DNA of 43,710 nt from Pelomyxa schiedti (taxonomy: Eukaryota; Protista; Evosea), in NCBI GenBank assembly GCA_020536535.1, contig JAHLWZ010000769.1, positions 1 through 43,710 of the forward strand. Reading direction: 5' to 3'. Shown one piece after another: positions 1 to 10,045 of this stretch. The notes under the pieces are model-generated. The model had not been told where the DNA came from. It was given only the letters and a program-made list of their open reading frames with translations, and searched no databases. Position numbers and translations under genes: made by a program. Every line of letters begins with the position of its first letter. Within the stretch, counting starts at the first letter, position 1.

Positions 1-117
1 TTGCTGCAGTGGTTGCAGGTTTACAGTGAGTGACGGCAGTGCCGTAGTTGTGTTTGTCGGAGATTCGTCTTCTTTGCCGGAGCTGTTACGGTGACGGTGC
101 TGCGGGTTACTCGACAT
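1..117 (-). CDS. 5' end (partial) of a second copy of the RhoGEF gene (MSSNPQHRHRNSSG...)
   Basis: 1-117 matches 6385-6501 base for base as far as I can see. ATG on the minus strand at 117; the gene runs off the window start. Confidence 0.85.
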   Translation of the reverse strand, partial: MSSNPQHRHRNSSGKEDESPTNTTTALPSLTVNLQPLQQ

Positions 118-320
118 TCCCAAACAACGAAATCTACTATGTACTCTCCCTACGACAACAATAAACAACTCACTCCCGATACGATCTCTCTTTATTCGCC
201 CGGTGCGTGGGCTCCGTCCTTTTTCACTTAATTTTGTTCTTTTTCTTTTCGTAATTTTTGAACTTGCGTGATTATCATCTTACCGGAAACTGTAGCTGGA
301 TCACCGTGGCATTTGTGATT
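1..320. repeat. Duplicated block A: 1-320 matches about 6385-6698 (RhoGEF 5' end and upstream region)
   Basis: Direct repeat, identical in the coding part, with small substitutions/indels in the non-coding part. Similarity ends after ATTTGTGATT (311-320 / 6689-6698). Confidence 0.95.
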
Positions 321-428
321 GTCAAGATTTAACTTCCAGAAAATCATGCCAATTCGCTGTTGTTGTTTTTCTACGGCTTTAAAAAAAGATCAGCGTGGAT
401 CTGGTGTTTGGTCGTGAGAAAAATGGTT

Positions 429-723
429 ACAAGGACGAATAGCATTGAATTTTGTTTTGTTTTGTTTTGTTTTAAAATATAGTGTTTTATATTCACAGTG
501 CCATGGAGCGTTCCAGTGCTGCCAATTCGTCCTCCTCTTTTCTCTTTGCTAAGGTGGCTTTTAGAGAAGGAGTATGGATACAAGGTAGAACCTGGTGTGG
601 GCGTGGCTGTGGGGACGGGGGGAAGTTTCACAGGAATCTCATCCACGGCTGCAAGTTGTTCATCAAGGGCTTGTTGTTCCAATTGCTCAAGCTCTAAAAA
701 CCGGTTATTCCAACTTAGGGAAA
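429..723. repeat. Duplicated block B: 429-723 matches about 18981-19265 (SNF7 3' end)
   Basis: Direct repeat starting ACAA(G/C)GACGAATAGCATTGAA. Differences fall mostly in the intron/UTR, plus a synonymous change. Confidence 0.95.
493..723 (-). CDS. VPS32: 3' end (partial) of a second copy of SNF7/VPS32, cut by the gap
   Basis: Encodes ELEQLEQQALDEQLAAVDEIPVKLPPVP...EDELAALERSMAL*, the same as 19035-19240. Confidence 0.85.
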
Positions 724-823
724 NNNNNNNNNNNNNNNNNNNNNNNNNNNNNNNNNNNNNNNNNNNNNNNNNNNNNNNNNNNNNNNNNNNNNNNNNNNNN
801 NNNNNNNNNNNNNNNNNNNNNNN
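724..823. other. Assembly gap (100 N, probably of unknown true size)
   Basis: Run of exactly 100 N. Confidence 0.99.
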
Positions 824-1012
824 GATCCAAGGTTCAATTTTCTTCTTCAAACTTAAACTAACCAGTACTTTCAGTGTAATAGCACATTATGATAAACTGG
901 AGCACTCTCCAGACTACAATACTTTATTCACTAGTTTACGGTTTGAAGAAGAAAATTGAACCTTGGATCCTTCAGCGACCTATACATAGTCTCGACCTCG
1001 TTGTTGTAACTG
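824..1012. repeat. Rearranged contig edge: direct copy of 1537-1657 (at 824-944) joined to an inverted copy of 1494-1565 (at 941-1012)
   Basis: Exact matches by eye, with 4-bp GTTT microhomology at the switch. The copied DNA is exon/intron sequence of the phosphatase gene. Confidence 0.9.
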
Positions 1013-2364
1013 CGTGGGTGGTAATTTGTTGTGCTGCTTGCATGACCCTGAGTTGCTACAGTTTACTACATACAGCCACCAGCGGGTAATATTTTCTGTT
1101 TCTCCGTAGTTGTCTCAATGGACTATTTCCTGTCTGAAGGGCGCCCTTACCAGAGAGGGGACAAGAGAATGCACCCGGGTAGGAGAATGGCTACGCGCTA
1201 CATACATTGACCAATACCACCTTGTTCCTAGCCATTTCGACCCGGCTCATGTTTTCTTCAGGTTTTTATCCCAATCAGTAGCGCTGTATTACCTATAACA
1301 AACAACCACAGTTTACTCTATTCCTTCTCCTTGCCTTCTCCCGCCTACAACACAGGCAAATTTGGGTACATCCATAAACATGGTACAATAACAGGACCTC
1401 CAACTGGGATCGCACCATTCAGTCTGCCAAATCGGCTATCAGAGGGATGTACCCTCGCGAAATGAGAGGAGATTTCAAATTAGTACCCATTCACAGTTAC
1501 AACAACGAGGTCGAGACTATGTATAGGTCGCTGAAGGATCCAAGGTTCAATTTTCTTCTTCAAACTTAAACTAACCAGTACTTTCAGTGTAATAGCACAT
1601 TATGATAAACTGGAGCACTCTCCAGACTACAATACTTTATTCACTAGTTTACGGTTTTCACATTTTCTCATTGGCTCCAAAAGTCACACCCAACAAGAGA
1701 TCAAATTGCTCCATTCTTCAACCCTCCTGATCTTACGTCTAAAACGTTTCTGGAAATGGCCAACATCGTTGCCTTTGCGAATTCTCTGAATCTACCTCTT
1801 CCTCCAGAAATCGTTTCTCTTAGCCATCAGGTTTAATTTATTCAACCCTCTATTGCAAAAGGATCACGACTTCCCGTGTAGATTGAGGACGTTTCCTCTC
1901 GGTTGCTTGAAATGCATTATGCTGATGAATTCCTTCCTCTTTCCATTGGAAGATTTGTGGAGGAGATACTTGCCCTTATGCAAGGCAAAGTCGATGGAAC
2001 TTCCCACAATCAGGAGCTTCATTTTTTCTGTGCCCATGAAGTTACATGTCAGTTTTTCATGTAATTCGCCTTTCTCCTCACCTCTTTAGTGGCTCCTCTT
2101 CATTGCCTGCTTGGTATATATAGAGGGTACCCGAAGGTGGCCTCAACTCTGACATTTGAATTGTGGCGAAATCGCACCGGACCGGCGGACACTGCTCCAC
2201 CAAAACACTTTGTCCGTGTCCTGTATGAAACCAAACCAGTGGAGTTGCCTGTATCTCCAGGACAAGGTACATTTTATACATTCCTTGGTACCTTCCCCAA
2301 CAACGGCACAGCTTTTTGTGATTATGAAACATTTACCCAAGCCATGAAACAAGCCATTTATTAG
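1013..2364 (+). CDS. Histidine acid phosphatase (branch 2, lysosomal/prostatic acid phosphatase-like), multi-exon, 5' end missing
   Basis: Spliced exons give GALTREGTRECTRVGEWLRATY, RTSNWDRTIQSAKSAIRGMYP...VPIHSY, FFCAHEVTLAPL and YPKVASTLTFELW...FVRVLY...CDYETF. The N-terminal RHGxRxP motif is not present. Confidence 0.8.
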
Positions 2365-2523
2365 AACTAAATGGGCAAGTAGTTAGGGGTGTAATCCCAC
2401 CCTGAAACAAAAACCTTGTGGCTTTGAAATTTGTGCCACCACTGTTCATACCCAAAATAAAAGAAAACAATACATCATTTTTTTTGGTTTGGGTATTTAT
2501 GACACTCACTCACTGTTGTGGGT

Positions 2524-5500
2524 TTATGGTACAAGTGTTAGGCGAGCGCCACACTCAAAGCACTCCCGGACATCTCCTGGACTGCTGATTGTGCTGGGTT
2601 TGCTTGTGTTGGTTGTTTTGGTGTATTGTAGTATTCGGGGCTGTGTTGACAAACCAAATTTGGCAGACACAACTCCAAGGAGTGTATCAACACTTACGGA
2701 GTTGGGCACTTCAACCCACCGTGTGTTGGATTCAAATGTGCAACAGAACCGCATCTAGTTTGTTTGTTAGTGGGTAGGTTGAGCAGTTGCGTTTGTTACC
2801 GTATTTCTTTGGGTGCTGCATGGGAGACCAGGTAGTGCTTTCCCTTTTTTAAGTGATGATAGCATGGCGATACTAGAAGAAGCGTTTGATGGTGGCGTGG
2901 TGCAAATTGGCCCTTCAGCATCTGAATCTGTGTCCGAACTGGCATTGTCAACGCTCGCAGTAGCACTTGTAGCGCTGGCACTGACACTGGCACTTGCACC
3001 AGCCCCCGCGCTCGCGCTGGCGCTGGCTCCTACACTGCTCGCGTTTGCACTAGTGTTGGATCCAGTGCCACTGGCTCCACTGTTCTTTAAATTGTCAGTT
3101 GCTGTGGGTGGTGAAACTTGTGGGGGAGTAGCTGCTGCCACTGTGGGTGTTGTTGAGGATACTGGTGGAATGATCTCTTTGCTAGGGTGCCGAAGATGCT
3201 TTTTAATTGTTTCCTACAAGGTGTTATGGGTACCCATCAAAGAGTTATTCCATACAATTCCAAGGGTATAGGAACGTCGTTTGGGTTGAGATGGATCGGC
3301 AGGTACGGATAACATGTCCTCAGCTAATGAAGGATCCATACCTTGAGTTTGTTGGAAGGGAAATGAAATAAACTGAAGATGGAAACCAGTGGGCTTCTTT
3401 GCAGTCGGATCGGGTTTTTTAATAATGCCCTCGACCAGCGAGACCCAAGCTTCCAACTCCTCCACTGAATTGACAATTGCAATGTATTTAGCTGTGCCGA
3501 TATGATTCAATTCAAATGCCGGACTATTTGTATTCATCCCTGCCAACTGTTTTGCGTCATTGCTCATTGTGCTGATACCCAGTGCATCTGGAGGTATTTG
3601 TGACTTGAGCTGAAGACGAGAGCTGAGAATTGATGGCTTAGCACGAAGGAGCATATCACTGAAAAGAAAATAACGGATATCCATCATCCCTGATTTGGGT
3701 GGCTATTTTATTGTTAGAGAAGAATGTTTTGTAAGTACTCTTTGCATACAGGAGACCACTCCTTAAAGAATCCTTCTTTGAGGAACCGTCTTGAAGGATG
3801 GACTATTTTAAGGGGCTGTTTAACAAAAGTTAACAAGGTATTGAGCGGAAAGGACATACCCCATTTGATGCTTCGATGATATTCTGGATCTCCGTCATTT
3901 TAGTGATATTGTCATCAAATTTTTTGATATCATTCAGACGATCTATAACTTCTTGGATTTTGTCTGCTGTTTTTTTCAGCTGCTGTATGGTTTCTTCAGA
4001 CTCGATATTCTTTTGGATTTCCTGTCTGACGTCAGTGAAAAAACTTTCTTCTCTCGGGCATACTCGTAATAAAAGAGTGTAGCGGCATAGTCTCTGAAAT
4101 GGTTTGATTAACAAATCGCGGAGCTGCAGTTTTCTCAGTTGGGGATTTTTGTAGGTTTCCTATTCAAGTGAGACAAGTTTTAACTTAGGTTCAAAGTACA
4201 TTTATGAAAGAGCGGAAATTCGCTTTTTTCATTTTCTTTTGTAATACGGCTGAACTTGTGTCTTGATTCCCACAAAATAGTTGGTAGAATTTGAGAATTT
4301 CTGGCTTTTACTCTAAGGTAATGCAGAGACAGAGGGTTGAGTACCATTTTAACCCAGCACTGAGCAATAGTCTTCATTGTAGCCGATTTAAAAGCCCTAA
4401 AAAGTTGTGAGTAAACCTTCAATTTGATGTGTTGGTATACGCCAGGAGGTCAGAGTTTAGCTTGTAAATGGACTCGGCACAGTTGAAAATAGCTGTGATA
4501 TTCCTGTCTGAGAGAAGACGTTTTTCTCTGATAGGCTTAATAAACAGCTGAGCAAATTGAATTAGGAAAAGCTGCGGAGATACGAGAAAGTACAGTGACG
4601 AGGAGCTGCAAATCTCCAACATAGCGTTCTTCAGTACCCCGAAGTTCACTCAAAATGTCACCATAGGCCTCACATGGAGACTGGAAAAGTAGGACGTGTA
4701 CTTGAGTTGATTTTGGAAAAAATAAGCAATACCAAAGGAGCTGAGATAACTAAAGAGTCTTCATCGTCTACATGTAAGGAGTGGCTGTTATCAGCACTCA
4801 AACTTGGACGTGGGGTAGTTGATGACCTGGGAGTAACTGGGGTTTCGGCAGGGTGCCCCTGTTCACCTGTTATGTGTCAACATAGAGCTGAAAAAGTATT
4901 TTCGTACTTGGACTTGAAGTTGAACTTGAACTTTTGAGAGAAAAAGTTGGGGGAAACAAAGTGCGCCTTTGTGGTGCTGATGTTGAGAGTAGTGATACAG
5001 GTGACGGGGAAATGGTTGGTGAGGCGTGGCTTGGAGATGATAACATAGTGTGTGTTAAAAGAGGTGAAGTGAACCCTGCTGGTGTTGGTGGGGCTGACGC
5101 TATTGAGGAGGGATTAGCCGAAAAAATAGCAAGGGAAGTATCCGACTCAATAGCCATAATAACTTGTAGGGCTGCCAATAAACGGGCAGAAGGTGGTGGT
5201 GCTGGTGGAAGTGGTGGTTTCACTTTACGTTGTTTCGAAAGTGTAGAGGGAGCTCCATCAAGTGAACGACCGGGTGTTCTTGGCGTGGTGCTAGTTTGAG
5301 AACTGGGAGCCACAGTCAATGTGGCAGGAGTTGATGTATTTATGCCATAAGGTTTTGGAGAAGTGGGAGGGGTAGAAGTGGCCGAGTTGGTGGGTATTGA
5401 AAGGGGTGGAACTACTGGACGTCGGTGGCTCGTACCTCTGGGCGTTCGCGGTGATGCTGGCTCATCATCCACTCCGTGGCGGTGATGGTGGTGTGGTGGG

Positions 5501-6501
5501 TGGTGATGGTCTCCAAACTTCCCAGTATCATCAGTGGCTTCATTCGATGCACTGTCACCTGCACCGGACTCTTCCAAGCCTGGAAGTGTCGTCTTACGTT
5601 CCTCTTCTCCCCTACTAAGTTCTATCTTCTTCATCAAGGGGAGTGGGTCATCGCCAGGGAGGGTTAGTTTTCTGGGAGGTTCTGGGGCACCTGCCCGTCT
5701 ACTCGTAAGTGGTGGATCATCAGGGTTTAGTGGCTTTCTTTTATCACTAGAAGTAAACATCTTCAGTTTGTTGATCATATCTCCTCCGAATTTTAGCTTA
5801 GATTTGAGGGCTACTGGATCCTCTGATACTTTTTTTGCCTCGTCGGTGATAGGGTCAGAGCTTGGTACACTACTTTTGTTCGACTGAAGGGACACATCCT
5901 CAGTCCCTTCTTTTTTTTGTAGTACCTGCAGGTCAGCAGTAAAAGCCGGAACAGTTGGTGGGGTGGACGAAGGGGAGCTGTTGTTTAATGGGAGCTCATC
6001 TGAACCATGTGATCTTTGGTGCGTCTTGTTTAGCGTATCCTCTGGCTCCCCTGGATTGCGGGTCCTCCTCATTGTTGGTTCGTCACTTTCTGGGCTTGGT
6101 GGAATAGGTGACCTCCTTCTCAGCAACAAATCATGGGATACGGGTTCCTTATCTTTTAAGTCCTCCTCAGCTCTGCCAGTGCCACTCGCCGATGTAGCCT
6201 CGGTGTTCACTGTGTGGCTGGTGTGTCTCGTATGCCTCGATGTATGCGATCTCGAAGAGTGGCTGCTGTGATGACTAGCGCGCGATCGTGGCGTGCACGG
6301 CACGTCGTCGTCGTCATATCCGCCAGACGGAAATGACGAAGTCGGCTGTGGCGAAGACGACAGCGGCTGAACCGCCGCCTGCTGTTGCTGCAGTGGTTGC
6401 AGGTTTACAGTGAGTGACGGCAGTGCCGTAGTTGTGTTTGTCGGAGATTCGTCTTCTTTGCCGGAGCTGTTACGGTGACGGTGCTGCGGGTTACTCGACA
6501 T
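2524..6501 (-). CDS. RhoGEF (Dbl-family DH-PH) with a long Ser/Pro-rich N-terminus and a C-terminal PB1/ubiquitin-like domain, multi-exon
   Basis: DH motifs LFIKPIREKRLLSDRNITAIFNCAESIYKLNSDLL and LIKPFQRLCRYTLLL; PH-like RYFLFSDMLLRAK...EELEAWVSLVEGII; terminal exon 2524-2754 follows a GT-AG intron. Confidence 0.88.
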
Positions 6502-6697
6502 TCCCTAACAACAAAATCTACTCTGTACTCTCCCTACGACAACAATAAACAACTCCCGATACGATCTCTCTTTATTCGCCCGGGTGCGTGGGCTCCTTTT
6601 TCACTTAATTTTGTTCTTTTTCTTTTCGTAATTTTTGAACTTGCGTGATGATTATCATCTTACCGGAACCTCTGGTGATCGCCGTGGCATTTGTGAT

Positions 6698-9600
6698 TTG
6701 GGTGAATAACAAAAACTCCGGGCATCCCTGGAGTTTAGCTTTTGTTGCTATTCAAAAAAAGATTCGATCAGATCGGTACATCGAATTCAAAGAATAATCG
6801 GATGATCGGACGTAACAGCACCGTTACAACAACAAGAGCGCGGACATGGAGCGTTTGCACACAAGTGAAGGAGTGCCTCGCACAAAACATCGACCAAGGA
6901 ATGCAATCATTTTTGCTGCAGCAGGGTTCTCAACGTCAAGACATTGAGTACCCTGTCTCAGGTTGTTCAGTTGTTGGTATGCTATGATACAGTGGCCCAC
7001 TGTTGTGTTTTGTGTGTTGTATTTAAACTATATATCTACCCTGCATATATGTGGTCAATTTTAACATCGATTTCTTCTTCTTCCAGGGGGAGACATTCAA
7101 GGACAAAATGCCTTGATGTCAACAATCAAATTCCCAACATCTCCTTCTGATGGGATTGACATGGCACAGCGTCAACTGATGTTCAAGAAAATTGTTGAAG
7201 AGCACACCAGTGCCAATGGCAGAAAAGACCACCAAATGGCTCACACATGCCTGCACATTGTTGGTCACATCCCACAGGAGACTTTGAAACAACACAAGCT
7301 CCACTTCAGCAACAATTCTTTTAAGAATCGAGACAGCAGAGAGGTTGCAACCCTGGACATCCAAAATGAGAAACACCTTTGGTTTCTCAGACAAGACCAG
7401 AAGGGTATGTCCAACAACAACACTGCCACCACAAGAGGGCAGCAACACCTCTCAGTCACAACACTTTTAAACATGATACATCAATTACAAACACAGTGAA
7501 AGACAAACATATATGTGTGACATCTGTGACACAGGGAAGAATATCAGTTGTGAGAAGAGCTCCAAAGGAGCTGAACAGGGACTTCTACTTCCAGCAACCC
7601 TTGTCTGTCTTTGGGATCCAAACAATCAGAAAAAATCCCACAACACAAGACAGAAAGGAAATACTGGAGTTACTTTATCTTGAAGTTCACTCTCCTCAAA
7701 GTGTAATTAAATTAAATAAACCCCAATTTTTACTTACTCTTCTTCTTCAAGGTCAAGCAGGAAGTCCCTGAAACCCCAAAAAGTGTTTCCTTTCTGAAGT
7801 TTGGCAACTCACTGACTACCACTGTTTCATGTCCAATCCAGGCAGCTCCCAGAAAACAACTTCGGATGAGTCAGCCGACCCTCAGCCTGAACAGCAGGGT
7901 CAGGAAGACCACAATCAGAACCACCACCATAGCCACAGCTGTCAGCAGCAACAGCAACCGCAACCACAACCACAATGCCAGCAAGCATACCCAGCAACCC
8001 CAATCACAACAACAGCAACAGCAACAACACAAGCACAGCCCCTCAACACTTTGCCAGTTCCGCATATGGCAGCACCACCCACTGTGTGACACACAAGCAA
8101 ACTGTGCACAAGGCACACTCGCAAGACTTGAGACTGGATGGACACTCAGAGGCTTGCGGTGTGCGTTGTGCCCTCTGAGTTTCAACTACAAGAAATCCAC
8201 TTCATCAATGCTGCGTCATTTCCATGATGTTCACTCAGAATTAATTCTGTGGTTTTTCTTTTGACTGTGTTTTACACTGTAAAGGAGCCTTGTGAGCCAA
8301 CATTGTCAGACACTGCCAAAGCTAAGTTGAATCAAAGCCTTGCACAACTCATCTGCTGTGGACTTCAACCATTTTCCATTGTGGAAAATGCTGCATTTCG
8401 TGCATTTGTGCATGAGTTAAATCCTGCTTTCACACTGCCCACTAGAAGTCACCTAAGATCAACTCAAGTCCCACTACTGCACAGTGAAGTGATGGACCAG
8501 GTACACATCACAGTTATTCGAAAATTTATGAGTATTTAGATAAAACATGCTCTGGGTAGTACACAATTGCTAGCATTTCCTTTTCCTATACCCCTTTCTT
8601 CACCTCAATCATAGCAATTCCCAGAGCTACTTCGGGGTGATATTTCATGTCATAACTAAGCAGTGGACACCTTTGGAGTTTCTTGCTAGAGTGCAAGTCA
8701 CCACTGATTCCACAGCCGATTCTTATGCTGTGTACATTGCATCCCTATGCAACATCTGGAGTCCACTCAAAATATTTGCCTTCAACTGTGATGGTGGCAG
8801 CAATGTGAAGGCACAGCAACTGCGGTTCATGCAGATCCCTTGTGGTTGTCACTTATTACAGCTCACCGTGAAAGCGTTATTGGAGGTAAGTTTCCTCAAA
8901 CCAGAATGATGTTAATACATATTCATAAAGAAACAAATTTGTTGTTGTTGCACCTTTATGGCAAAAAGTGAAGCAGACCACGCACCACTTTCAAAGCAGT
9001 AATAAAGCTCAGACTTTGTATAACCACCAAATTACTGCTAAACACAAACAAAGTGGTAAATAACAACCTCACTTGATGGAACAGCACTTACAAAATGCTG
9101 CTACAGTTTTGACTATTCCTTCCTTATTGAGATTAACTAAACACAGACTGCAAGAGATTGCTCAGGATGTGAGTGCCGTACTGAGAGCTGAAGGCCTGTT
9201 CCACCTAACTCTTTCTGCAGTGCTTACATCCGTTTTATGTTGTTACTCAGAGACTGGAGGCTGCAGATGCCACTATCAGTTGTATCCTCCCTTTATTTCG
9301 TGGAATGGAGAGAACATTATCTCAAGTTGGCCATATCCCTTCCTTTCTATCCCTTAATTATTCACAGCTCCAGGGGTCATCTACTTCAGCAGCAATGACC
9401 CAATACCTGACAGTGCTCTATGAGGACTTCTCCCCACGCTGGAGACAGGCCTATCATGCTGAGAATGTGCACAACCTCTTGGTTGTGGCAACCTATTTAG
9501 ATCCACGATACAACGACCACTACTTCACACCTGCTGAGTGTGCAGAGTGATAAACTTGCAACTGTTGCTCAGTGTGTTTTCCCAGCATCTCACTTTCACT

Positions 9601-9932
9601 CACACTCATGTGTCGGACTTACAGACCCTCCTATCTTACCTGCAAGCCAACAAGTGTACAAACAAATCAGTGATAGTATTGACCGGTTTCGGAGTCAAGC
9701 AGGACTGCTCTGTTGTAAATTACGAAGCCAATTGCACCCACACACCTTAGAGCAGATGCTAATGACAGGGTTTAACACAAAAGCTCTACACAACATGGCC
9801 ACATTCAATAAAGAGTGATTCTTTTCGCAAATTGCCAATGTGGATAACTAATCCCTAAAGTTTAAGTTTTTTCAGGACACTTTTAGAGTATCCCGTTTTC
9901 TTGCACAAAATTTGAACTCAAATTTGACCCAA
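6698..9932 (+). mobile_element. Degenerate hAT-superfamily DNA transposon (boundaries tentative)
   Basis: Contains hAT transposase motifs and is strongly CpG-depleted. The left edge coincides with the point where this copy diverges from the copy at 1-320. Short imperfect terminal IR: TTGGGTGAA (6698) / TTGACCCAA (ends 9932). Confidence 0.55.
7866..9818 (+). pseudogene. hAT (Ac/Hermes/ZBED-like) transposase, intron-containing and apparently disrupted
   Basis: BED finger CALCPLSFNYKKSTSSMLRHFHDVH; LQPFSIVENAAFRAFVHELNPAFTLPTR; YFGVIFHVI; CDGGSNV; CGCHLLQLTVK (CxxH); ATYLDPRY; dimerization-like SIDRFRSQAG...RSQLHPHTLEQMLM. I cannot find the first catalytic Asp segment, and the SERxFS Glu reads D. 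Confidence 0.8.
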
Positions 9933-10045
9933 CTTGTGAACATAAGAAAGACTAAAAATATACTGTGCCAGCAAGTTGCACGCCACCGGCTTTATAAAAA
10001 ATTGTGAACTACAAAAACAAACACAAAACTGCTTGCACGACTACG

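Noticed and set aside
386-410. Motif AAGATC...TCTGGTGTTT shared with ~35059-35079 upstream of the aldolase
   Set aside because: Short, gapped and seen only twice; cannot be distinguished from chance without a genome-wide motif search.
941-1565. Apparent MITE with 72-bp perfect terminal inverted repeats
   Set aside because: The right 'TIR' and the interior are in-frame exons/introns of the acid phosphatase and there is no TSD. Better explained as an inverted chimera at the contig edge.
2813-3271. Hydrophobic (AL)n ORF resembling a membrane protein
   Set aside because: Antisense shadow of the Ser/Ala-rich linker of the RhoGEF.
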